64,000 bases of DNA, from IMG/VR virus record IMGVR_UViG_3300042892_004104; one strand, given 5' to 3'. Below the pieces are notes generated by a model that ran no database searches, was not told where the DNA came from, and saw nothing but the letters and a program-made list of their open reading frames with translations. This document shows, one piece after another, positions 17,033 to 25,867 of this stretch. Positions within the stretch are counted from its first letter, which is position 1. The number at the start of each line of letters is the position of its first letter. This DNA is from a virus (lineage: Duplodnaviria > Heunggongvirae > Uroviricota > Caudoviricetes). The position numbers were made by a program, and so were the translations under genes.

Positions 17033-18188
17033 TTGTTCTCCTACTGTGATGTGTACTAGTCCAATGTACATAGAAAAGTTGTTAAAATATTTAGACGTTG
17101 AATATACCATGCACGGACGATTGTTTTCACAATCTGGTTTTGATCAACACAACCATCTAGTTAATATTAATTCGTTGTTTTCTTTAAACCCAAATTTTGA
17201 TCTTGTGGACCGAACATCAACAGTTCTACACCCATTAAAATACTATGTAGATCGCCCTTGGCGTATCCCTGACCAAGAAATTTCATTAGAACAAGCCATG
17301 CAGTCTCGTGTTGAAAATATATCAACTGAACCTGGACCAATTAACATTTTTTGGAGTGGCGGGATTGATTCTACCGCAGTGGTTACTGCATTTTTAAAAT
17401 ATTGTAATGACTTGTCACGCATAAGAATTCTGTACAGTCCTTGGTCAACCTATGAACATCCTGAATTTTTAAATTTTATCAAGCAATGGCCAGAAATTGA
17501 CCTTGTTGATATCAGCGGTGATGTGTACATGAATCATGAGTTTGACGGAGTATTTGTCACAGGCGACGGAGGTGACGAGACTAATGCCAGCTTAGATCAG
17601 AGTTTTTTTTCAGCACATGGTGCAGACACATTGTCTAAATCCTGGAAAGATTTTTTTTATAAACAAAATCACAATATAAAATTCATTGAGTTTTGCGAAC
17701 AGTATTTTACTCTGTCTGGAAGGCCTATTAGCACTGTACTTGAAGCCAAGTGGTGGTTCTATATCAGTTGCAAGATGACCAGTATTATGTATAATCTAAA
17801 ACTTCCGTACTTTGTAAGCTCGTATCAAAATTTTGATCATCAAAAATTAATATCTTTTTTTAATTGCGACGAATACGAAAGTTTCATTTACTTTAACATA
17901 GATAAAATACTGCCCACCAACGAGTACATTTCGTGGAAACAGTATCTTAAAGATTTTTGTTACCAACACAACAAACTAGAAACATGGTATCAACAACATC
18001 GAAAAGTCAGCAGTAGTCAGATAATTGACTATGCTTTTAAAAAAATAGCTCTGGGTGACAGCCAATTTTTAATGATACTTAGTGACGGTTCATTGATACG
18101 AACACCCAACTTACCGTTATTCAGTGCCAAAGAACTAAAACAACATTGCCATTACCAACTTCGGAGTGTAATCAATGATCCCAATTAA
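17025..18188 (+). CDS. PP-loop ATP pyrophosphatase (asparagine-synthase-like or QueC-like amidoligase family)
   Basis: INIFWSGGIDSTAV is the SGGxDS PP-loop motif. Confidence 0.6.
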   Translation: MHNCSPTVMCTSPMYIEKLLKYLDVEYTMHGRLFSQSGFDQHNHLVNINSLFSLNPNFDLVDRTSTVLHPLKYYVDRPWRIPDQEISLEQAMQSRVENISTEPGPINIFWSGGIDSTAVVTAFLKYCNDLSRIRILYSPWSTYEHPEFLNFIKQWPEIDLVDISGDVYMNHEFDGVFVTGDGGDETNASLDQSFFSAHGADTLSKSWKDFFYKQNHNIKFIEFCEQYFTLSGRPISTVLEAKWWFYISCKMTSIMYNLKLPYFVSSYQNFDHQKLISFFNCDEYESFIYFNIDKILPTNEYISWKQYLKDFCYQHNKLETWYQQHRKVSSSQIIDYAFKKIALGDSQFLMILSDGSLIRTPNLPLFSAKELKQHCHYQLRSVINDPN

Positions 18189-18235
18189 GTATCATGCACC
18201 ATGGCATCCGTTAAAACAAGGAGTCAAAGAACAAT

Positions 18236-18724
18236 ATGTTAACTGACTGGGATTTTATAAAACAAAACAAGCCATTGGTAACCAAAACTGGTGAATTAAG
18301 CATGCGGATGTCAATGGGCAAACTAACCGGGCAAATATGGGACACTACTTTCTGTGATCGTTGGACAACAGTGATCACCACAGTGCGACTCAATCAGCAA
18401 GAGATTTTTTCTGGAGTTATTAGGGAACCGTTGAAGTTGACCTGGCTGTTTGAAGATACTGAAGATCTGCAGGCTCACCAACTGACTGTGACAGTGCAGG
18501 GCCTGGATCAACTGGCAGAAAAAAATGTTATGATATCAATGACTGACTTTACGATTGAACATCTGCCTTTGAGCAAAGTCATAGAGTGCACTGGCACGTA
18601 TCAGGACAGCACTCAACACATGAACATTGCTGGAGAATTCATGGGCAAAGACGGTCAAACTACAATACCGTTTTCAACACCAATTTATCGCTGGCTTTTT
18701 GACAATCAAAAATATTTCATTTGA
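18236..18724 (+). CDS. hypothetical protein, paralog of 13703-14245
   Basis: Shared C-terminal motif. Confidence 0.5.
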   Translation: MLTDWDFIKQNKPLVTKTGELSMRMSMGKLTGQIWDTTFCDRWTTVITTVRLNQQEIFSGVIREPLKLTWLFEDTEDLQAHQLTVTVQGLDQLAEKNVMISMTDFTIEHLPLSKVIECTGTYQDSTQHMNIAGEFMGKDGQTTIPFSTPIYRWLFDNQKYFI

Positions 18725-18840
18725 TAATCTTGTATTAATGGAGTCCAAAAGTTTTAAAAACTTTTGGACACAGATAACAAGTGTGAAAATCTGACTGATC
18801 AGAACCCAACGGTCCTGGAGAATCTTCACACTCGTAATCA

Positions 18841-19032
18841 TTACTTCTTAGCTGAATCAGCAGGCTTGGCTTCTTCTTTTTTAGCTGCTGGCTTTTTGGC
18901 TTCTTCTTTCTTGGCAGCAGGAGCAGCAGCAGGAGCGGCAGCAGGTTTTGCAGCAGCAGGAGCAGCAGCAGGTGCTTGAGCAAATGCAGTAGCAACGGTC
19001 AGGGTAGCGATAATAGCGATAAGTTGTTTCAT
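18841..19032 (-). CDS. small secreted Ala/Pro/Lys-rich low-complexity protein (63 aa)
   Basis: Signal-peptide-like MKQLIAIIATLTVATAFA followed by (PAAA)n and KKEEAKKPAA repeats; AAGGAAAA before the ATG. Confidence 0.55.
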   Translation of the reverse strand: MKQLIAIIATLTVATAFAQAPAAAPAAAKPAAAPAAAPAAKKEEAKKPAAKKEEAKPADSAKK

Positions 19033-19152
19033 GGTATTTTCCTTAAGGTTAGAAACTTGTGTACAAAACTATTCTGTACACATGTATTTAATACACCAGC
19101 AGTAGACCTGGTTTAATTTGACCGGTGGCTTTGGGACAGTTTGCCAAAGCAG

Positions 19153-19181
19153 TTGACGTCTTGTGCTGAGTGTGTTATAGT
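19153..19181 (+). promoter_or_regulatory. sigma70-like promoter TTGACG-17-TATAGT
   Basis: Hexamers and spacing; 30 nt upstream of the 19212 gene. Confidence 0.5.
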
Positions 19182-19211
19182 GCAGCATAGTGTAGATTCA
19201 CAAGGAACTCA

Positions 19212-19499
19212 ATGAGCACTGAACAAGACCGATTCAAAAACTCAAGGCGCCGCCTCAGTGATGAGTCAGCCGTAAAAAAGCAGACCAGGATTGCAAAACA
19301 GTATGGAAGCAATGTTGAGGAACCTCATAGGTTTGCCAAACATCATGCCATGAACTGCGGTGATCCCCGATGCATGATGTGCGGTAACCCACGCAAGGTG
19401 TTCAACGAACCTACTACACAAGAGAAGCGACTGTTTCAGGACACTGATGCAGTACGCAAACGTCATTCAAACGGAAAAACATCAGAAAGTACACCATGA
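19212..19499 (+). CDS. hypothetical basic protein with CxxC...CxxC (CGDPRCMMCGNPRK) zinc-ribbon-like motif
   Basis: ORF and motif. Confidence 0.5.
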   Translation: MSTEQDRFKNSRRRLSDESAVKKQTRIAKQYGSNVEEPHRFAKHHAMNCGDPRCMMCGNPRKVFNEPTTQEKRLFQDTDAVRKRHSNGKTSESTP

Positions 19500-19747
19500 G
19501 AGATTTTGAAAGAACTGCTGGGCTCACTAGCCAGGCTGCTGTAGAAGCTGTTGGCAATCGTTACGATTTGGTCTTGATTGCGTCTTTACGCATGCGAGAA
19601 CTAGCTCGAGGCCACCTGGCTCGAGTCCCAAGCAAACACGGGCACGGCGTCACTGCCTTGTTGGAAATTGAGCAAGGAAAAGTAGGCCGCGAATACCTCA
19701 TGCGTGACGCTGCTGCTGCACCCCGTAAAAGATCTTATCCTGATTAA
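19496..19747 (+). CDS. hypothetical protein (83 aa)
   Basis: ORF overlapping ATGA junction. Confidence 0.4.
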   Translation: MRDFERTAGLTSQAAVEAVGNRYDLVLIASLRMRELARGHLARVPSKHGHGVTALLEIEQGKVGREYLMRDAAAAPRKRSYPD

Positions 19748-20240
19748 TAGCAACGACAATCAGGTGTCAACTGTATACATATTGGTAGGAGTGCCAGGCT
19801 CCGGCAAGAGTACCTGGTACCGCAATCAAGATTGGTTGGGCAAAGATAAAAAAGATCACAAGTATGTTTCTACAGATCAGCATGTAGAAGCATACGCTCA
19901 AGATCAGGATAAAACATACAGTGAAGTGTTTGAGGAATACATGCCCACTGCTGTCAAGCAGATGATGGTAAATGTTAATATGGCAGCAGCTTTTGGGCTG
20001 GACATTGTGTGGGACCAGACCAGCACCACAGTTAAAAGCCGCAGGAAAAAGTTTGTTGAGTTGCCCAACTACAAGCACATTGCAGTGGTGTTTCGAACTC
20101 CCGAGCCAGACGAATTGACTCGGCGGTTAGCAAGTCGTCCGGGCAAGGTAATCCCGGACGAAGTTGTTCAGAACATGATTAATAATTTTGAAATGCCAAC
20201 GTTAGAAGAGGGCTTTGATGAGGTCTGGTACGCAGGCTAG
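19704..20240 (+). CDS. P-loop nucleoside/polynucleotide kinase-like protein (start uncertain, GTG 19704 or GTG 19764)
   Basis: Walker A ILVGVPGSGKST. Confidence 0.6.
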   Translation: MTLLLHPVKDLILINSNDNQVSTVYILVGVPGSGKSTWYRNQDWLGKDKKDHKYVSTDQHVEAYAQDQDKTYSEVFEEYMPTAVKQMMVNVNMAAAFGLDIVWDQTSTTVKSRRKKFVELPNYKHIAVVFRTPEPDELTRRLASRPGKVIPDEVVQNMINNFEMPTLEEGFDEVWYAG

Positions 20241-20642
20241 CTATTGCAGAAATCAAAGGTCATCATGTTTGACAACAAGTTTAGTAATAGTGGCGACGGT
20301 CCAAGCGGCGGTATTCATAAAGAACATCACCAATTGCGCACAAGTAATCAAATACCGAATTAAATAATTTTTTCATCATAGCCATCTTTTGTGTTGACGT
20401 ATTTCAAACTGGCGTTGCCAGTAATCTGCTTCTCCAGCAGTTTGTATATTCTTGCTGATCAAGTACTGTTCCATGCAAGAATGGGCATCAGTTCCCGGGA
20501 ATATCTTTTTTAGTAGATTCACTAGAGTTTTCAACATTGCTGTTCCTTCTCAGTATTTACCATGAGACTCTCATGGTTTCTACTAATACATTACCCTGAT
20601 TTAACCGGCAATTTTTGTTGTTTTTTAGCAACATTATTTCGG

Positions 20643-20671
20643 TTGACCCAAAATGCCCATTCTGCTATAAT
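20643..20671 (+). promoter_or_regulatory. sigma70-like promoter TTGACC-17-TATAAT
   Basis: Read directly. Confidence 0.55.
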
Positions 20672-20700
20672 TAATACTTAAACAGCAAACAGGAGTCAGA

Positions 20701-20976
20701 ATGTTTTATATCGTTGCTAAAGGTACTGGTTTAATCGTAACAGACGGTCCTAACAAGACTCGTGCATACAAAACTTTCCCTGCGGCTCACGCCACCCGGA
20801 CTCGTTTGTGCCGCAAAGCAGGTTGGAGCGTGGACCAACTGAACATTGTGAGCCGTGACACTTACCGGGCTCCCAAGATGACTGTGAAGAACCTGATGAG
20901 CGGCGCTCCGGTGGAAATTGATGCAGACACGCCTTGGTGTTGCAACCCTGCGTCAGAAACTTACTGGTCAATGTAA
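20701..20976 (+). CDS. hypothetical protein (91 aa)
   Basis: ORF with AGGAG SD. Confidence 0.55.
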   Translation: MFYIVAKGTGLIVTDGPNKTRAYKTFPAAHATRTRLCRKAGWSVDQLNIVSRDTYRAPKMTVKNLMSGAPVEIDADTPWCCNPASETYWSM

Positions 20977-20981
20977 AACGG

Positions 20982-21010
20982 TTGACGATAAATCACCAAA
21001 ATGCTATAAT
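20982..21010 (+). promoter_or_regulatory. sigma70-like promoter TTGACG-17-TATAAT
   Basis: Read directly. Confidence 0.55.
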
Positions 21011-21035
21011 ATACACATCGCAACAAGGAGTCACT

Positions 21036-21293
21036 ATGTCAGCACTGAACACTTATTTGGATCGTAAAAATTCTTTTGCCAAACTGTTTGGACAAAAGGC
21101 TCTGAGCCTGCAGGTGGCTGCGGATCGTCAGAGTATTGCCAACAGCATTGATGCAGATCTCAGTCCTGAGAATTTGACCTGCGATGGTGAACTGAGCCGT
21201 AGTCAGGTGCAGACCCGCTACCGGGCCTTGACTGCCGCAGCCAAAGAGCTCAAGCAGTTGGATCCTGGTGTTAAATTTTACGAATTTGCCTAA
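21036..21293 (+). CDS. hypothetical protein (85 aa)
   Basis: AAGGAG SD 8 nt upstream of the ATG. Confidence 0.55.
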   Translation: MSALNTYLDRKNSFAKLFGQKALSLQVAADRQSIANSIDADLSPENLTCDGELSRSQVQTRYRALTAAAKELKQLDPGVKFYEFA

Positions 21294-21303
21294 GGAGAGC
21301 AAT

Positions 21304-21516
21304 ATGAACATGAGCTACTGCATGTTTCAAAACACCGCAAACGATCTGCGTCAGTGCCTGGAGGCCATGGATGCAGCCGAGACCATGGCTGAACTGGAAC
21401 TGAGCCGTGACGAAAAGCGCAGTTACGATCTCATGCGAGAATACTGCGAAAACTTCCTGAACATTGCTGAACGACTGGATGATGCTGACGCTGACGCTTT
21501 TGGAGTTGCAAAATGA
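21304..21516 (+). CDS. hypothetical protein (70 aa)
   Basis: AAGGAGAG SD. Confidence 0.55.
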   Translation: MNMSYCMFQNTANDLRQCLEAMDAAETMAELELSRDEKRSYDLMREYCENFLNIAERLDDADADAFGVAK

Positions 21517-21731
21517 ACGAACGAATTCGAGAACTACTGAAACAGGCAACTAAAGCAGTTGATCCCGAAAACCGTGTATGGGTGTTTTCTAAGGTTGACC
21601 AAGCAAAGTTCGCCGAGTTGATTGTGCGGGAATGTGCTAATATTGATTTTAGACGCGAGGTCGGGTTAACTGCTGATGATGATTACGAAATCGGCAAGGT
21701 TATAAAAGAACACTTTGGAGTCGAATCGTGA
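21513..21731 (+). CDS. small paralog family member (MNERIREL...KFAELIVREC...EHFGVES)
   Basis: Conserved termini; ATGA-overlapped start. Confidence 0.6.
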   Translation: MNERIRELLKQATKAVDPENRVWVFSKVDQAKFAELIVRECANIDFRREVGLTADDDYEIGKVIKEHFGVES

Positions 21732-21928
21732 AAGTGACCCATCCCTACACCTTGATAAAGCGGCGTATTGATGTTGTGGTCCGAGTGCCAGCCTGGGCGG
21801 TTGGAGAGATAAACAAAGGCGATCTGGTCATACGCCTGGATGCTCAAACTGTTTTGCGAGACAATGGCAGATACAAGGTGGGCGAATCCTACACCAAGTT
21901 CTGGGGCTACACAGGAGAAAATGCATGA
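21728..21928 (+). CDS. hypothetical protein (66 aa, GTG start)
   Basis: ORF between two family members. Confidence 0.45.
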   Translation: MKVTHPYTLIKRRIDVVVRVPAWAVGEINKGDLVIRLDAQTVLRDNGRYKVGESYTKFWGYTGENA

Positions 21929-22152
21929 ACAAACGAATTCAACAACTTGCCGAACAGGCTACATCTTACAATAACAGTGATGGTTGGCTTTTTGATAAAG
22001 AAAAGTTCGCCCAGTTGATTGTTCAGAAATGTATATCAGTTATTAATACTGAGGCTGCCGAAGTTCCTGCTGAAGATGAATATGAAAGAATGTGGAAGAT
22101 GGGAACGGAATTTGCTGTATATCAGATTGAAAAACATTTCGGAGTTGAATGA
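21925..22152 (+). CDS. small paralog family member
   Basis: MNKRIQQLAEQA...KFAQLIVQKC...EKHFGVE. Confidence 0.6.
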   Translation: MNKRIQQLAEQATSYNNSDGWLFDKEKFAQLIVQKCISVINTEAAEVPAEDEYERMWKMGTEFAVYQIEKHFGVE

Positions 22153-22529
22153 TGAACACACGAATTCGAGAACTTGTCGTTGAGGCTAGGAACTATGCCC
22201 TAGATGAAAAGCGAATTTATGAACGAGTGCATAACACCGAACAATGTATGGAAGAATATCGTGATGTGTATAACAAAAAGTTCGCTGAACTGATTGTGGC
22301 TGAATGTTTGGCCCAGGTTGCCCGGGTGGATGACATGTTGGAAGATGAGCCTGCACAACATGCGGCAGTGGCCTGGGTGGCCCGGTCAATTGCAGACCAT
22401 TTTGACGTTGCAAAACCACAGTCAGACTGGGATCAAGAAGCAGCTGAATTTATTGCCGCAGAGAATAAAAAGGTTGCCAGCAGATACGGATATATCCCAA
22501 AACTTCATCCATCAGAATGGCAAGACTAA
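22149..22529 (+). CDS. small paralog family member (extended)
   Basis: MMNTRIRELVVEA...KFAELIVAEC...DHFDVAKP. Confidence 0.6.
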   Translation: MMNTRIRELVVEARNYALDEKRIYERVHNTEQCMEEYRDVYNKKFAELIVAECLAQVARVDDMLEDEPAQHAAVAWVARSIADHFDVAKPQSDWDQEAAEFIAAENKKVASRYGYIPKLHPSEWQD

Positions 22530-22735
22530 TGAACACACGAATTAAAGAGTTGGCTGAACAATGCTGGGACAAGCGTCCAGAAGGCCAACTACATTTTGAC
22601 AATGAAAAGTTCGCCGAGTTGATTGTTAAGAAATGTATGGATATTGCCAAGTATCACACGCCCGACACAGAAGAATGTGAATATACATGGTTGATCCATG
22701 CCAAGATTCAAGAACATTTCGGAGTTGCGGAATGA
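22529..22735 (+). CDS. small paralog family member
   Basis: MNTRIKELAEQ...KFAELIVKKC...EHFGVAE. Confidence 0.55.
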   Translation: MNTRIKELAEQCWDKRPEGQLHFDNEKFAELIVKKCMDIAKYHTPDTEECEYTWLIHAKIQEHFGVAE

Positions 22736-22962
22736 ACCAACGAATTCGACAACTTGCTGAAAAAGCAAACATTGAGTTTACCTATGACCCAACAGAAAAA
22801 CCTGTTAGAGCATTTGCCGAGTGTTGGGAAGATGAACTTGAAAAGTTCGCTGACATGATTGTGCAGGAATGCGGTGTAGCATTGAGTCCTATGTTGCGTG
22901 ATATGATCAGCCGTGGGCAGGCTGTGGAGTTGATTAAGAAACATTTTGGAGTTGAACTATGA
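22732..22962 (+). CDS. small paralog family member
   Basis: MNQRIRQLAEKA...KFADMIVQEC...KHFGVEL. Confidence 0.55.
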   Translation: MNQRIRQLAEKANIEFTYDPTEKPVRAFAECWEDELEKFADMIVQECGVALSPMLRDMISRGQAVELIKKHFGVEL

Positions 22963-23078
22963 CACAGAACGATTGGGTATTACTAATGTGTCTAGCAATT
23001 GGATGGCTACAGGGTCTGTATATTGGATGGTTACTGTGGCGTAGACCACAATTGAAATATCACGGAGTTGCAGAATGA
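22959..23078 (+). CDS. 39-aa hydrophobic peptide ending ...YHGVAE
   Basis: ATGA-coupled at both ends; transmembrane-like core. Confidence 0.35.
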   Translation: MTQNDWVLLMCLAIGWLQGLYIGWLLWRRPQLKYHGVAE

Positions 23079-23314
23079 ACCCACGAATTCAAGAACTTTT
23101 AAAACAAGCTGGGGTCACTGACAACTGGAACAAGGCAGACTGGTACAGTATGAGTCCAGAGATGATTGAAAAATTCGCCCAGTTGATTGTGCAGGAATGT
23201 GTGGAACTGGTATCTGTTAACAGAGACCTGGCTATCGAAGATGAATGGAATGTGGATGAAGCAATGTCCACAGCAATCAATGATATTGAAGAACATTTCG
23301 GAGTTGAATCGTGA
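23075..23314 (+). CDS. small paralog family member
   Basis: MNPRIQELLKQA...KFAQLIVQEC...EHFGVES. Confidence 0.6.
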   Translation: MNPRIQELLKQAGVTDNWNKADWYSMSPEMIEKFAQLIVQECVELVSVNRDLAIEDEWNVDEAMSTAINDIEEHFGVES

Positions 23315-23478
23315 TCACACTGTTTATCTGGACTGTGGTCGGCTACGCTGGTATGAACAATAGCATCAGTACTAAAATGGACTGGCGGGCTTTGGCTCAG
23401 TTTGAGACAGTCGCGCTCTGTGAGGAGGCTGTGCGATCCATGAACCTACAGGACAGGCACCGTTGCCTGAAGACCAAA
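23311..23478 (+). CDS. 55-aa hypothetical protein (GTG start)
   Basis: Coupled GTGA and ATGA junctions. Confidence 0.35.
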
Positions 23479-23741
23479 TGAACAAACAAATTCAACAACT
23501 TGCCGAACAGGCTCATTGCTATGCTTGTGAATATGCTCGACAACCAGATTACAATCCACACAACCCTTACAATCAAGGAATGTATAAACAGCGATACGAT
23601 TCAAAGTTCGCCCAGTTGATTGTGCAGGAATGTATGGATGCAGTGGGTGATGGACCAATGCAAAGACCAGAAATTCAACGGATCAAAGCCAGGTTTGGGG
23701 TTGAGTATTACGAGCCAATTGAAAAAGCATTTGGGAGTTGA
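23478..23741 (+). CDS. small paralog family member
   Basis: MNKQIQQLAEQA...KFAQLIVQEC...ARFGVEY. Confidence 0.55.
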   Translation: MNKQIQQLAEQAHCYACEYARQPDYNPHNPYNQGMYKQRYDSKFAQLIVQECMDAVGDGPMQRPEIQRIKARFGVEYYEPIEKAFGS

Positions 23742-23744
23742 ATC

Positions 23745-24140
23745 GTGAACATAACTGTATACAGCTGGAATCTACTAAAAGAATCCTGTGAGCGTTGGTC
23801 GGTGCCCAGAGACTTTGCCGACCCCATGCTGAACTATCTGGTGTATGGATATAGTCCGGGTAGTTGTTTCTATGCGGTGCTGGCCAATGACTGGCGTGGG
23901 GCAATAGGATCCAGCCATTCCATGAACAGTGTAGAAGCCTTCAAGGCCTTGACCGGCTGGATACACAACGACTTTCCTGCCGAAGCACGTGGCAGTTACC
24001 AAGCTGTCGACCAGTGGTGTCAGCTTGATGCTGTGGTTCGACGAGCAATCCTTGAACGACAGGGACTGATCTATACCCAGCACGAAGAAGTGTTTAAAAT
24101 TCTACGGAATGAGCACACCGTGGAACCTGTGTTGTATTAA
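23745..24140 (+). CDS. hypothetical protein (131 aa, GTG start)
   Basis: ORF. Confidence 0.5.
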   Translation: MNITVYSWNLLKESCERWSVPRDFADPMLNYLVYGYSPGSCFYAVLANDWRGAIGSSHSMNSVEAFKALTGWIHNDFPAEARGSYQAVDQWCQLDAVVRRAILERQGLIYTQHEEVFKILRNEHTVEPVLY

Positions 24141-24156
24141 GCATGAGAGTTGAACC

Positions 24157-24447
24157 ATGATGCAAGATTTCGTGTATGAGCAAACTCGAGCCACTGTGAC
24201 CGACACATGGGATGACGAGATATCACAGTCTGTGATTGCAGCCGCAGTCAATGCGCCTCGAGCCAGCTACCGGATTTATTATTCCCAGGACAACCTGACC
24301 CGTAGGATTTTTGTTCATCGCGGCTGGCCCAACTGCACACCCACAGAGATTGACGCATTGTTGGGCTTGGGCTTTGTGGTGGCACAGCCTGGTGATGCAG
24401 ACAACATTCCTGATCATGCACCTGTGTTTGAAAGGCTTTTGAAATGA
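24157..24447 (+). CDS. hypothetical protein (96 aa)
   Basis: ORF. Confidence 0.5.
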   Translation: MMQDFVYEQTRATVTDTWDDEISQSVIAAAVNAPRASYRIYYSQDNLTRRIFVHRGWPNCTPTEIDALLGLGFVVAQPGDADNIPDHAPVFERLLK

Positions 24448-24659
24448 ACCAACGAATTCGAGAACTTGCTGAACAGGCTACATCAATTGTAGAAATGGTT
24501 GGTCCACAAGGTTATACAAGTTCATATGCTAACTTTGATAGAGAAAAGTTCGCCGAATTGATTGTGCGGGAATGTGCTGGCCGAGTTGATTGGATACTTG
24601 CCGAAGGTGGCCGGACACAGGGTGATTTGATTAGAGAACATTTTGGAGTTGAAGAATGA
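24444..24659 (+). CDS. small paralog family member
   Basis: MNQRIRELAEQA...KFAELIVREC...EHFGVEE. Confidence 0.6.
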   Translation: MNQRIRELAEQATSIVEMVGPQGYTSSYANFDREKFAELIVRECAGRVDWILAEGGRTQGDLIREHFGVEE

Positions 24660-24874
24660 ATACGCCCATCGTTCCTGATAATAAATTCAAGTTCTGGGCT
24701 GATCCTAGATTTGAAATTCTGGCAGAAATGGACAAACTATTGAACGGTAGCAAGATCTGGGGTGGCCAGGAATGGGTCTACCATCCCATCCATCCTGTGA
24801 AATATCAGCCTGTGGCCGAAAAGATTCGTCTAGCAATGGATGCGTTAAAAGCAGAATACGGAGTTGAAGAATGA
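24656..24874 (+). CDS. small protein ending ...EYGVEE (family-related C-terminus)
   Basis: ORF with junction motif. Confidence 0.5.
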   Translation: MNTPIVPDNKFKFWADPRFEILAEMDKLLNGSKIWGGQEWVYHPIHPVKYQPVAEKIRLAMDALKAEYGVEE

Positions 24875-25101
24875 GTGACTCCATCATGCCCGTAACTCAA
24901 TTTGCCAACAGCTTCACTGGCGTGTTGCCCATTGCCACTGTGGGCAAAGGTGTTGTCAAACAGGAAAGTTGGCAACAGACCACTTATCCCAATGGTGCCA
25001 CGGTCACCAGGGTTTATCACGCCAGTATTGAAGTGTATGACAACCGTGCAGTGGTGACCCGGCACAATGAACCAAACATCATTGACATTTTGATCAAGTA
25101 A
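24871..25101 (+). CDS. hypothetical protein (76 aa)
   Basis: ORF. Confidence 0.5.
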   Translation: MSDSIMPVTQFANSFTGVLPIATVGKGVVKQESWQQTTYPNGATVTRVYHASIEVYDNRAVVTRHNEPNIIDILIK

Positions 25102-25128
25102 TATTACAATAACTCACCGGGAGAAATC

Positions 25129-25575
25129 ATGTTTGCAGTGCTGAAATTTATCTACATCTTGTTCAAGGCGTTCAGAGACGGGCTCAATCCCAATGTCAAC
25201 AGTCTAAGACATGCACCAACTTATTTGAAATACTTTGCCAGCATTGTGTTGGCCTGTTTCTGGTGCCTGGCCTTTGGTCTTTACATTGGTGAACTCATGA
25301 CCATTGGCTACAACATGATTGGTCACATTGCCCTAATCACCATGGCATTCAGCACTGGCTATGTCATGCAAGTGTTCAGGAAAACATATAACCCTGGCCA
25401 AGTCACTGTGAGACAAGGCACTGTGGAATATCTACGCATGCCTGATCGAAGCAGTCGCTGTGATGAACTTACTGAAGAACAACGCCTGGCCAAAATTCAA
25501 GAATGGAATCAGCGCAATGTTTGGAATGATCCCAAACTGGCCAAAAAAGACAAAGAAACCTACTACGGAGCATGA
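25129..25575 (+). CDS. membrane protein (148 aa), 3 predicted transmembrane helices
   Basis: Hydrophobic segments. Confidence 0.55.
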   Translation: MFAVLKFIYILFKAFRDGLNPNVNSLRHAPTYLKYFASIVLACFWCLAFGLYIGELMTIGYNMIGHIALITMAFSTGYVMQVFRKTYNPGQVTVRQGTVEYLRMPDRSSRCDELTEEQRLAKIQEWNQRNVWNDPKLAKKDKETYYGA

Positions 25576-25679
25576 CCATGACCGTTGATGAAATTATTTC
25601 TACCATAATTATTGTAACCGTAGTGGGAGCAGTACTATGGGACATGTACAAGAAAGAAGAACATGAACCCGGAGAATAA
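25572..25679 (+). CDS. 35-aa single-TM peptide
   Basis: ATGA-coupled; hydrophobic core IISTIIIVTVVGAVLW. Confidence 0.3.
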   Translation: MTMTVDEIISTIIIVTVVGAVLWDMYKKEEHEPGE

Positions 25680-25794
25680 AGAACCAGAAAAAGATCCAGT
25701 GGACGATGTGGTTGAACACATACACATTGTGTTGCCCATTGTGGGAGCCGTCTTGGTGTTCATGCTGGCTTTTATTGCTGTTACAATGGCCTAA
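25663..25794 (+). CDS. 43-aa single-TM peptide
   Basis: Hydrophobic core VLPIVGAVLVFMLAFIAV. Confidence 0.3.
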   Translation: MNPENKEPEKDPVDDVVEHIHIVLPIVGAVLVFMLAFIAVTMA

Positions 25795-25807
25795 CACTAG
25801 GCAATAT

Positions 25808-25836
25808 TTGACTTAAAATACCTCTTCTGCTATAAT
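25808..25836 (+). promoter_or_regulatory. sigma70-like promoter TTGACT-17-TATAAT
   Basis: Read directly. Confidence 0.55.
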
Positions 25837-25867
25837 ACATGTATAGCAAAACAAAACAGGAGAGAAC

